A stretch of 64,000 bases of DNA from a virus (Duplodnaviria; Caudoviricetes), in the IMG/VR virus record IMGVR_UViG_3300033463_000076, positions 1 through 64,000 of that record; one strand, 5' to 3'. A model generated the notes under the pieces. That model was not told the origin of the DNA, did not search any database, and saw only the letters and a program-made list of their open reading frames with translations. Shown here in pieces: positions 28,896 to 36,800 of this stretch. Positions within the stretch are counted from its first letter, which is position 1; each line of letters opens with the position of its first letter. A program made the translations under genes and the position numbers.

Positions 28896-29702
28896 CTACA
28901 TATCTACGAGCTCGTCGATCTCATCGTCGGTGTACGGCTCCTCTTCCTGACTGTCGTCGTCTTCCGACTTGGAACCCTTAGTGCTGGGGGGAGCACCTAA
29001 CTTACCCAGACCACTCTTCTTGCGTTCCTTATTCATTTCCTCGAGGTCGTCACGAACTTCGTCCAGGAACTCCTCGAAATCGTCCTCGTCATCGAACTCC
29101 TGCTTTTCGAAGCGGCGGAGTACCGACTTGCCGAACGTTCCCGTGTTTTCCAGGACCTTCTCAAGACGCTTGCGGCGGCGGTCAACGGTCTTGTCACCCT
29201 TGAGCTTGGCGATTTCGTCGTTCTGACTCTTCACCAGCTTTGTCAGATTCTTGATCTGTCTGGAGAGATAGTCGTTGTGACCGTCGTCATCGTCATCCTC
29301 GTCGTCATCTTCGTCATCGTCCTTAGACTTCTTGGACTTACCGCCCTTCTTGGACTTCTTCGACTTCTTTGGTTTCTTGCCTTTCGGCTCGTCATCATCG
29401 TCATCGTCGTCGTCATCATCCTCGTCATCATCGTCCTCGTCATCATCATCGTCATCCCCACGGGCTGCTTCCAACTTGCGACGGACAATGCGGCTCGAAT
29501 GTTTCTGAGCGGCTTCGATGTAAGGGATTGCGTCATCGATAGCATTTTCGATGGCATTCGCTACATCCTCGTCAGAGGCGTCTTCCTCGATGTCGAGTTT
29601 TTTGGCAATGGTAGCGGCAAAACTCTCAACATCCTTGCGCTCGAATCCGTACCTCTTCACCTTCGGTTTCAGCGCTTTGATTACTTGCTGTAAATACTTC
29701 AT
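28896..29702 (-). CDS. capsid scaffolding protein with poly-Asp/Lys-rich insert
   Basis: Likely start MKYLQQVIKAL at 29702; helical and acidic; first gene after a late-type promoter. Confidence 0.6.
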   Translation of the reverse strand: MKYLQQVIKALKPKVKRYGFERKDVESFAATIAKKLDIEEDASDEDVANAIENAIDDAIPYIEAAQKHSSRIVRRKLEAARGDDDDDDEDDDDEDDDDDDDDDDEPKGKKPKKSKKSKKGGKSKKSKDDDEDDDEDDDDDGHNDYLSRQIKNLTKLVKSQNDEIAKLKGDKTVDRRRKRLEKVLENTGTFGKSVLRRFEKQEFDDEDDFEEFLDEVRDDLEEMNKERKKSGLGKLGAPPSTKGSKSEDDDSQEEEPYTDDEIDELVDM

Positions 29703-29733
29703 TACTCTTTGCTTTAGTTTAATGATTATTACT

Positions 29734-29842
29734 AAAAAAGGTCCACGCAGAGCCGAAACGCTGCGCAGACCGGACACTCTATAAGAGCAATGAGAGTCTT
29801 TTCGTCCTTACTGGGTGGCGTACAGCTTCATACGCTTTCTGA
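29734..29842 (-). ncRNA. candidate small RNA or late leader (sRNA-B)
   Basis: Promoter at 29846-29878; hairpin ACTCT-CATTGCTCTTAT-AGAGT; terminator GGTCTGCGCAG..CTGCGTGGACC-TTTTTT. Confidence 0.55.
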
Positions 29843-29845
29843 CCG

Positions 29846-29878
29846 CAAAAATAGTTAAATCTATTTGAAAAACAAATA
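29846..29878 (-). promoter_or_regulatory. promoter with palindromic -33 region
   Basis: TTTG-N19-TATTTTTG; TATTTG-AAAAA-CAAATA at 29862-29878. Confidence 0.7.
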
Positions 29879-29916
29879 AACTACGCATTTTTAACAATCT
29901 TTATTATATAACAATA

Positions 29917-29944
29917 GGAGTAGGCGAGAAATCCCACCTACTCC
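29917..29944 (-). terminator. hairpin ending the accessory operon
   Basis: Perfect 8-bp inverted repeat GGAGTAGG/CCTACTCC; weak U-tract. Confidence 0.4.
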
Positions 29945-29974
29945 CTTGAAACAAGTGTTAGCAATGAAACGGCC

Positions 29975-30541
29975 TCAGAAATTGAAGTCGTAGAACTTAT
30001 ACGGTTTCATCTGGGGGACATACCTCAGACCATAGGCATCATACCAACGACCGTCGGCGTGCAAGCGGATGGCCACCACCTCGCCCTCTGGATCGGGTTC
30101 TATCTTCCAGTCCTGAACCGAGTTATCGAAATGGCCGAGGAAACCGCCCATGACGAACGAAGTAGACCGTCTCTGCTTGCTCTCCTCCGTTTCCTCTGCC
30201 TTCATACGTCTTACCATCCACAGCTTCTCCGTGCGCTCCTCGATGACCTCATAGGGATTGGCGTCGGAGTGCAGGCACTGGGCCATGTACTTCTTCTCCA
30301 GTGACATGAAGGTGGCGTGCTGCAGCTCCTCCTTCAGCGACTTTATCTTCTCCTGGTACGGCTTCATCTTCGGCCAGTAGGCTTCCCATGCAGTATGCCT
30401 TGCCTCCTCAGTACCGCCACTGGCTACAATATGTGACACACGCTCCATATTGACCTCATTCAGTTTCAACTCGTTGTCTGCAATGAGCTGGTTCAGCTCC
30501 ATTGCGTAGGAAATCCATTCTTCTCTTTTCATATCAAACAA
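29975..30541 (-). CDS. hypothetical phage protein
   Basis: 188 aa; C-terminal PYKFYDFNF. Confidence 0.6.
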   Translation of the reverse strand: MFDMKREEWISYAMELNQLIADNELKLNEVNMERVSHIVASGGTEEARHTAWEAYWPKMKPYQEKIKSLKEELQHATFMSLEKKYMAQCLHSDANPYEVIEERTEKLWMVRRMKAEETEESKQRRSTSFVMGGFLGHFDNSVQDWKIEPDPEGEVVAIRLHADGRWYDAYGLRYVPQMKPYKFYDFNF

Positions 30542-30771
30542 ATATAACCGTTATATCCACTCTTCTCCATAGCCCTGCCTATCTTCACCAGTCTGTTAAA
30601 GAACAGCGTGGCCGTCACGAAATCCGCCATGGCCTTGTTCCACTGGCGCTTGCCCTTCGGCGGGTCATCGAACGTATAGATGACATCCTTTCCGTTGCTG
30701 AGGTGCCAAGCTATAGCGTTGTCGTTATGGCTCAGGTCACCCAGTGCTGCCGTCTCTTCTATCCTAATCAT
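30529..30771 (-). CDS. hypothetical protein
   Basis: 80 aa, overlapping-coupled ORF. Confidence 0.5.
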   Translation of the reverse strand: MIRIEETAALGDLSHNDNAIAWHLSNGKDVIYTFDDPPKGKRQWNKAMADFVTATLFFNRLVKIGRAMEKSGYNGYICLI

Positions 30772-30991
30772 CTTTCTTTTCTATCAACTTGTTCAACGTC
30801 TCTATCTGAACACTTACACCGAGAATCGCATCAGCCTTTGAACTGACAAGACCTGCAAGCCTCTGATCATCCTTCGACTTACGGCCGTACTCATTGAAGA
30901 AGTTCTGACTGATACGGCTGATAGCGTCTGCCTCCTTCCTCAGACGCCCTGCCACGTTCTCCAGTTCCCTGACGATGTACTGCCTTTCCAT
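30764..30991 (-). CDS. hypothetical coiled-coil protein
   Basis: 75 aa, coupled ORF. Confidence 0.5.
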   Translation of the reverse strand: MERQYIVRELENVAGRLRKEADAISRISQNFFNEYGRKSKDDQRLAGLVSSKADAILGVSVQIETLNKLIEKKDD

Positions 30992-30992
30992 A

Positions 30993-31487
30993 CTACCTAC
31001 CGAAATCAGTGATATCTACAACCTCCACACCAAAGCCTCTTTCCCTCAGATAGTCGGCGTACTTCTGGAAACGCTCACTATCGATGTAGACGAAATCGTA
31101 ATTGTCAGGCTCCGAACAGCAGAGCCTCAGACCAAGCATCCCTGAAACCAATCGTGCATCAGTGAACCAAGCCGTGTACTGGTGCTGCTCCTTGAAGAAC
31201 AGCAGCTTGCGTTCGTAACCGACGGACTTCGTGATATACGTCTCGAGCATGAACTTCTTCAGTGCCATGCTCCCAAGTTCACCAAGGGCTACGTGCAGGA
31301 ACATCGTACCGATATCATCGGGCGTTGCCTCGTCATTGTCACTGCGAACTATCAGCGTGCAGTTGCCGGCATAGTTCGAATACTTGACCTGCAGTCCCAG
31401 ATACGACTTGCCGTCCATGACCTTCTGCATCGTCTTGCAGGTCTGCTCCGTGAAGAAACCCAGTTCCTCAAATATCTTCTCTACCAT
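30993..31487 (-). CDS. protein with a C-terminal MutS domain I-like region
   Basis: KLLFFK...YTAWFTDARLVSGMLGL...YADYLRERGFGVEVVD resembles MutS_I. Confidence 0.45.
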   Translation of the reverse strand: MVEKIFEELGFFTEQTCKTMQKVMDGKSYLGLQVKYSNYAGNCTLIVRSDNDEATPDDIGTMFLHVALGELGSMALKKFMLETYITKSVGYERKLLFFKEQHQYTAWFTDARLVSGMLGLRLCCSEPDNYDFVYIDSERFQKYADYLRERGFGVEVVDITDFGR

Positions 31488-31488
31488 A

Positions 31489-31812
31489 TTACTCTCCTTT
31501 CGTTGCGTTTAACAATTCATCTATCTTCTCCATCTGGCCCATCAGCTTCCTGTTGACGAACTCCAACTGGTCTGCGATGCTCTCAAGCCGTGTGATATCC
31601 TCTCCGGCCATCAGGTGTAACTCGAACGACTGATAAGGCTCCCAGACGTTCTTGTTGAACCACTCGTCGGTGACGTTGCCTTTCTTCAGCTCCTCAAGCC
31701 AGTGGTCATACCAGTCAGACTTCTTACAACTGGCCTCATTGTACTCCTTTCTCAGTTCGAGGGCTGCAGCCTTCATCATGCAGACGACCTCGTGCAATCT
31801 CTTCTTATCCAT
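31489..31812 (-). CDS. hypothetical protein
   Basis: 107 aa, coupled ORF. Confidence 0.5.
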   Translation of the reverse strand: MDKKRLHEVVCMMKAAALELRKEYNEASCKKSDWYDHWLEELKKGNVTDEWFNKNVWEPYQSFELHLMAGEDITRLESIADQLEFVNRKLMGQMEKIDELLNATKGE

Positions 31813-31815
31813 GGC

Positions 31816-32124
31816 TTAACACTTTGTTACTGAACCTGAAACGATGTACGTCTTAACAGCGAACTTGGCTGCTATCTCATAGGGGACACGCTCACAGTGA
31901 TGGTCCATTTCCCACTTCTGACAGAACTGCTCACCCTCCTGGGATATGCAGAGGACTATCTTGCCCTCAGCTGAGCGGTTGACCATTTCCTGCAAGGCGT
32001 TGATGCAATCGAGGCAGAGATAAGCACTGCTGCGCCTCATTGACTTCGGATCAAACGAATAGACGTTGAACTTTCCGTCTGTCTGCTTGTAGTATTCTAC
32101 TACTTTCTTCTGTGTTACTTTCAT
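31816..32124 (-). CDS. hypothetical protein
   Basis: 102 aa; start preceded by the TAAGAGCA motif. Confidence 0.55.
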   Translation of the reverse strand: MKVTQKKVVEYYKQTDGKFNVYSFDPKSMRRSSAYLCLDCINALQEMVNRSAEGKIVLCISQEGEQFCQKWEMDHHCERVPYEIAAKFAVKTYIVSGSVTKC

Positions 32125-32270
32125 TGCTCTTACTTGTTTAAAACGATGTTTCTTAATGTTCCTTTATTATGGTGTAAAGGTAGTGATTTTTTTCCAATTA
32201 TGCAAGCAAAACACCCATTATTTTGTTAACCAGACTTAACCAGCGGAAAGTTTAACTTTACCTAACTTTT
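32122..32270 (-). promoter_or_regulatory. repeated accessory-gene promoter/leader unit, copy 1
   Basis: Phased GTTA(A/G) boxes; TTGC-N19-TACCTTTAC; CATTAAGAAAC; TAAGAGCA-ATG. Confidence 0.7.
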
Positions 32271-32276
32271 GCAACG

Positions 32277-32371
32277 AAAAACGCGCCCTAACCTCACGGT
32301 CCGGACGCGCAAGAGAGCTTGGTCAGTCGCTAAGAGCAATCCAAACGACTGCCTTCTCTCATTAAGAAACG
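32277..32371 (-). ncRNA. candidate antisense small RNA (sRNA-A)
   Basis: Promoter TTTG-N20-TATCTTTG (32375-32406); 5' tail GTTTCTTAATG; hairpin loop ATTGCTCTTA; terminator CGCGTCC..GGGCGCG-TTTTT with GTGA tetraloop. Confidence 0.6.
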
Positions 32372-32374
32372 CTG

Positions 32375-32406
32375 CAAAGATAGAACATTTTTTCTGTCCT
32401 ACCAAA
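32375..32406 (-). promoter_or_regulatory. consensus Bacteroidetes promoter downstream of terL
   Basis: TTTG (32403-32406), N20, TATCTTTG (32375-32382). Confidence 0.7.
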
Positions 32407-32420
32407 TTTTCTACGATATT

Positions 32421-33992
32421 TCATCTTCTCGGCCTAATCTTTCTCATAATCTCGGCGTCTGACATCGTATCGATCTTCGGATAGAACGTGTTGGCCAGTG
32501 CATCCATCCAGTCGGGCGACCGTCCGAGGCGTTCCTTGATATCGTCCTTCGGCTCTATGATGATACGGCCGTCGCTCTGGAACTTCCAGTGCGTATTGAT
32601 AGCCTCCTCCATCAGTTGCTCACACGGCGGCAGTGCTGGGTAGTAGCCGTTCTTCGGGTCGAGCCATTCCCTGACCTTCCAATACAGGTACGCCCTCATG
32701 TTGGCGAACTCTATCTGCCCAGTGCTGTCCTTGAACCCCTTGACACCCTCCGAGAACTTGCAGGAATAGACGTTCATCTTATACGTAGCCCTCGACTGCT
32801 CGTTCAGCTCCTTCAGCCTCGAGTAGACACCGGCACCCTCACCGATGGTATCGATGAAGGCCTTGTCACGCTTCCTGTCCGTCAGGGCATTGACAACCAT
32901 GCCGACAACGTGCATATGGTCGGCCTGACCTGCCGACTGGTGGGCAATGAACTGCGGCACGTAGTTGCCGTATCGGGGACACAGGATAGAAGCGTCTCGA
33001 CCCATACCGGCCACGTCGACACCCAGCAGGCATGACTTCTTGGGCTTGAACTTCTCTTCCTGCAGCTCCTTCCACCTGTTGACGGCCAGCTCGATCCACT
33101 CGTACGGTATGAGGGTATCGGTAGACACCTTCGGGAACAGACCCAGCACCTTGACACGGAACAGGTCGTTAGGACGGTAGTAGTTACCCTCCCACTCGAA
33201 ATCGCCGTCGCCTACGATGAAGTCGTCCTTACTGATCTTCGTGCACCACGTCTTGACCTTCTCGGCCACCCACCTATAGTCCACCTGACCAGGAATCAGG
33301 TTCTGCTTCGTCACGACATTCTCAGCATTGAGCGAGTTCAGACGGAACTTCTGAAAGCGGTCCTGAGTCATCGCCTTGGCGGCATAGCCCGTAGGGATGT
33401 TAGGGTTGAACACCAGCAGCAGACGAGAGTTACCTTGCAGGTTACCCTCGATGGCGTTGAAAATCGTCTCTGAGATACCAGTGGCCTCGGTCACGACGAA
33501 CATCACGTTAGCGGCATGGAATCCTGACCACGCCTCCGTAGCGTTGTTGTCGGCCTTGAATCCCGTCAAGAACCACTCGGCATAGTCCGTACGGATATCG
33601 TTCGCCACCAGTCTGCCAGGACAGGCAAACGGGAACTTGGCCCTTGCGGCCTTAACAAGTCTGTGGATTTCAGGCTTCATGATGTTCTCCACCTGACGGC
33701 CTGTAGGTGCGGTCATGGCGACCTTCGTGTTTTCCGACAGTATCTTTCCCGTAGGGTCGAACCTCGGCGTGAGATACATGAAGCATAATGAAGCGCAAGC
33801 GGCCACGAAGTCCTTACCTCGCGCTGTGCCGCTTGCTACTGCGGTCAGTGGATTGACCTGCACGGACTCAATGATAGCCTGCTGCTCTCTGTCAAGCCTT
33901 GCGCCCAACACGTCGCGTACAAACCTGTTCCAATCCTCTGCCCAATACTTAATCGCTTCATTTATCAGCCTCTGTCTCTCGGTGAGATTCAT
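32421..33992 (-). CDS. terL: terminase large subunit
   Basis: Walker A-like TAVASGTARGKD; VVTEATG Walker B; FRVKVLGLFP; nuclease GVDVAGMGRD; SPDWMDAL. Confidence 0.92.
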   Translation of the reverse strand: MNLTERQRLINEAIKYWAEDWNRFVRDVLGARLDREQQAIIESVQVNPLTAVASGTARGKDFVAACASLCFMYLTPRFDPTGKILSENTKVAMTAPTGRQVENIMKPEIHRLVKAARAKFPFACPGRLVANDIRTDYAEWFLTGFKADNNATEAWSGFHAANVMFVVTEATGISETIFNAIEGNLQGNSRLLLVFNPNIPTGYAAKAMTQDRFQKFRLNSLNAENVVTKQNLIPGQVDYRWVAEKVKTWCTKISKDDFIVGDGDFEWEGNYYRPNDLFRVKVLGLFPKVSTDTLIPYEWIELAVNRWKELQEEKFKPKKSCLLGVDVAGMGRDASILCPRYGNYVPQFIAHQSAGQADHMHVVGMVVNALTDRKRDKAFIDTIGEGAGVYSRLKELNEQSRATYKMNVYSCKFSEGVKGFKDSTGQIEFANMRAYLYWKVREWLDPKNGYYPALPPCEQLMEEAINTHWKFQSDGRIIIEPKDDIKERLGRSPDWMDALANTFYPKIDTMSDAEIMRKIRPRR

Positions 33993-34465
33993 TTACCCTT
34001 CTTCTTATCTTCCTGCTTATAGGAATCGGTAAGTGACTTCAATGCCTTTGCCCAGTCGTCATTGTTCAGATCAACGTCATGCTTATCCTTCCAGTGCTCT
34101 GGGTCACGGTTCTTCAACCAGAATATACAAGCCGTCACATCGGGCGGTACGTCCTCCTCGTATATCTCGATGCGGGCGGGCTTCTGACTGCCGTCATCGC
34201 CTCCTGCCTGAATGACCGTGCGCTTCTTCGTTATCTTGTAGCCCATGGCACGCTGATACAGCGACATCTCTACCTGGCTGTCAGCGAATCCGCGCCCCTT
34301 TTTTATGGCCTCCGATAACTCTTCGTTCTCCGCCACCCACTTGCTGAGTGTGGAGGGTGCTACCTCCAAATCGTTAGCAATCTCCTCGATGGTGTAGCCT
34401 TTCTGTGCCAGCCCCTTTATCCACGGGTCGTGGTACTTTGGGTTGTACTTTGACGGTCTTGCCAT
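33989..34465 (-). CDS. terS: terminase small subunit
   Basis: MARPSKY, HTH, SLYQRAMGY, PPDVTACIFWLKNR; ATGA-coupled to terL. Confidence 0.85.
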   Translation of the reverse strand: MARPSKYNPKYHDPWIKGLAQKGYTIEEIANDLEVAPSTLSKWVAENEELSEAIKKGRGFADSQVEMSLYQRAMGYKITKKRTVIQAGGDDGSQKPARIEIYEEDVPPDVTACIFWLKNRDPEHWKDKHDVDLNNDDWAKALKSLTDSYKQEDKKKGK

Positions 34466-35163
34466 TCTTCAACTTCCTTTAGTGCCAGCTCCGTGAGGAA
34501 CTGAATCGTCGCACCGATTGACTTGATGTTCTTCGTCTTTCCGAACTGGACCATCGCCTTGCTAAAGTCGTCGAAGAGGGCGAGGGGTGCGACCCCAACC
34601 ATTTCCGCCTTGCTGTCGATGGCCTTGACGAGAGTCTGGAAGTCCTTCAGCTGCTCCGGCAGGAACGTAAGCTGAATCGTCCTCCAGTCGAAGTCCAGCT
34701 GCGGCAAGTCCATGACGGGGCTTGCGGCCTCTATGGAGTTCAGGTACTTCTCGGGCAGACCCGACGCGATGATATCGTCGATCTCCTTCATCTGCTTGAC
34801 CAACTGGCCAAGGATTTCAGAGTCGGCAGTACCGACGAGCTCGTTGTGGGCAATCTGCTTTGACACTACCTGGGACTTCGTGAGTTCAGTAGTCTCTACA
34901 AGGGCGTAGATATACTTCAGTCCTGCTGCGTTGGCTGCTCTTACCCTGTGGTGGCCACTGATAATCGTGAACGTGTCGCCTTGCTTCAGGACGTAGGGCA
35001 GTGACTCCAGCGCTCCACGGTTCTTGATGTTTGCCGTCAGTATCTTCATACGGCGGTCATCCATCACCTGGGCGTTGATGTCCTGCTCCTTCAAATTACT
35101 GATGACGAGCTTCCATATCTCAAGCCCGCCATCCAGTTCCGCAATCTTAATGTTTTTTTCCAT
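34417..35163 (-). CDS. ParB/Srx N-terminal-domain protein
   Basis: IISGHHRVRAA motif. Confidence 0.8.
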   Translation of the reverse strand: MEKNIKIAELDGGLEIWKLVISNLKEQDINAQVMDDRRMKILTANIKNRGALESLPYVLKQGDTFTIISGHHRVRAANAAGLKYIYALVETTELTKSQVVSKQIAHNELVGTADSEILGQLVKQMKEIDDIIASGLPEKYLNSIEAASPVMDLPQLDFDWRTIQLTFLPEQLKDFQTLVKAIDSKAEMVGVAPLALFDDFSKAMVQFGKTKNIKSIGATIQFLTELALKEVEEWQDRQSTTQSTTTRG

Positions 35164-36601
35164 CTGCGTACCTTTCTTCTACCGTTAGAAAATCATTCAA
35201 TATCTCGTTTTCATCCTTCTCATTCAGGTCACCATAGTACGACAGGGCATTCAGCTCGTCGGACATCTTCTTCTTCGACTCGATCTTCATCAGACCACGT
35301 AGGCCTTTCACCTCATGATATCGTGAGTACTCCACCGTACAGATTCTGTTCGCCTGAACGAGATAGAACGTGTACTGGTTGGCCGTCGAGTTCACCAGGC
35401 ACTTGTTGATAATCTTCTTGCTCTTGGCGATATGCACCAGCAGACGGGCCATACGCATCTGAGTGTTCGGTGCGGGTACGGCATACGACAGGATAAAGAA
35501 ATCCTTCGTGTCCTGATACGACCGTACCAGCGGATTGAAGTCAAGGCCGATGAATCCCATCAGGTAGCCGTCCACGACCACGCAGAGGTTGAACGACACG
35601 CCCTTTCCGTTGATACGGTGCAGCCATATACGGCGGTAGTACTCGGCCACCTGTGTCTTCTCTATGAACACAGAGACCTTCGAATCCCTCGTGACACGGT
35701 AGTCAGTGGGCATGATAGGGTACTTCGACTTCAGGCGTACGGCCTCGTTCAGCGTGGCACCCTTCAGGCCGTTGATACGCTCCACCTCCTCGGGGCGGTT
35801 GCTGTTATAATAGACGTTCTGTGTCAGCGACAGGTATCTGGAGAACACTGGGTGCTCAGTAGCCGCCTTGCCCTTGTTGGCCTGTTGCAGCAGGAATATC
35901 AGCGGCTTGGCATCGACGGCCTTCTCCATCAGCTGCTTGCAATGGATGGAGCCGTCCCATATCTCATACTGGAAATCATCACCCGACCAGGTGATACGGC
36001 CTCCAGTGTCGAAGAACTTCTCATACGCTCCCTTGTACGTCGGCGGGTTGCTTATCATGAACGTGTCCTCGCTGTCCTTCTCCTTCTCGAAGGCATCCCA
36101 GATATACAGGTGCTCGAAATGGAGTCCGTGCAGCTGTTCGTCCATTCGTCTGACCCTCGAGGCGATATACTCGATATGGTGGTCACGCCTCGACCTCATA
36201 TCCTGCAGCAGCAGCTTGAAGTAGTATATCTCCTTGGCCTTGTCAAGACGTGCCAGCGCCTGCTCATAAAGCAGGATGGCGGCGTTCTCCACGTAGTCCT
36301 TTCCCGTAAGGGGTATAGGCTCACCGTCGAGGCGCACGTCCAGCTCTGCCACGTCCTTCCCTGAGAACGTATAGCCGAGGATGTTCGAATACAGCGATAT
36401 GTCGTAGCAGTACATATCCTCCGGCTTCATACCCTGCGAAGCGACAACGAGAGGCATGGCGAAACCGCCAGCGTACAGCTCGACATACTTTTTATAACCT
36501 TCTTTTCTTAACTTGGGAACTATTTCTGCCATATAACGACGATCAAGTGCGTCGTAGGTGTTCAGAAACATGATGTTCGGAGAATTAAAACCACCTGCCA
36601 T
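35147..36601 (-). CDS. N6-adenine methyltransferase-like domain fused to a putative GNAT/Mom-like domain
   Basis: Motif I VELYAGGF, YCYDIS, motif IV ISNPPTY; C-terminal WLHRI...VVVDGYLMGFIG. Confidence 0.65.
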   Translation of the reverse strand: MAGGFNSPNIMFLNTYDALDRRYMAEIVPKLRKEGYKKYVELYAGGFAMPLVVASQGMKPEDMYCYDISLYSNILGYTFSGKDVAELDVRLDGEPIPLTGKDYVENAAILLYEQALARLDKAKEIYYFKLLLQDMRSRRDHHIEYIASRVRRMDEQLHGLHFEHLYIWDAFEKEKDSEDTFMISNPPTYKGAYEKFFDTGGRITWSGDDFQYEIWDGSIHCKQLMEKAVDAKPLIFLLQQANKGKAATEHPVFSRYLSLTQNVYYNSNRPEEVERINGLKGATLNEAVRLKSKYPIMPTDYRVTRDSKVSVFIEKTQVAEYYRRIWLHRINGKGVSFNLCVVVDGYLMGFIGLDFNPLVRSYQDTKDFFILSYAVPAPNTQMRMARLLVHIAKSKKIINKCLVNSTANQYTFYLVQANRICTVEYSRYHEVKGLRGLMKIESKKKMSDELNALSYYGDLNEKDENEILNDFLTVEERYADGKKH

Positions 36602-36617
36602 AACTCGGGATTTTAAG

Positions 36618-36689
36618 ACCGCCGTGAAGGATTCAAACCCCCAACTCCAGCTACGAGTGCTGGGCTTTATTCAGTTAAGCTAACGGCGG
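36618..36689 (-). tRNA. degenerate tRNA, probably Thr(CGT)-derived
   Basis: CCGCCGT/ACGGCGG acceptor; anticodon arm CAGCA-CTCGTA-GCTG looks like CAGCA-CTCGTAA-TGCTG lacking 2 nt; T-loop TTTGAAT. Confidence 0.55.
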
Positions 36690-36724
36690 AAATTAAACTA
36701 CAGCATTTCTTCTTAAAAGCGATG

Positions 36725-36756
36725 CAAATATACAAACATTATTTGAAAAACAAATA
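36725..36756 (-). promoter_or_regulatory. promoter with palindromic -33 region
   Basis: TTTG-N18-TATATTTG; palindrome 36740-36756 followed by GAATTAAC. Confidence 0.65.
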
Positions 36757-36800
36757 GAATTAACTAAAACTTTAACGAATTTTAGCGACTGAGAGCATTT

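Noticed and set aside
29260-29460. GAT/GAC tandem repeats as a CRISPR array or mobile repeat
   Set aside because: They are in-frame poly-Asp codons of the scaffold; there is no repeat-spacer structure and no cas genes.
32261-32275. TAACTTTTGC as a plus-strand promoter at the upstream end of the repeated units (also about 45691 and 46220)
   Set aside because: It is one base off the TAnnTTTG consensus and overlaps a GTTA box that already explains its conservation; there is not enough evidence without TSS data.
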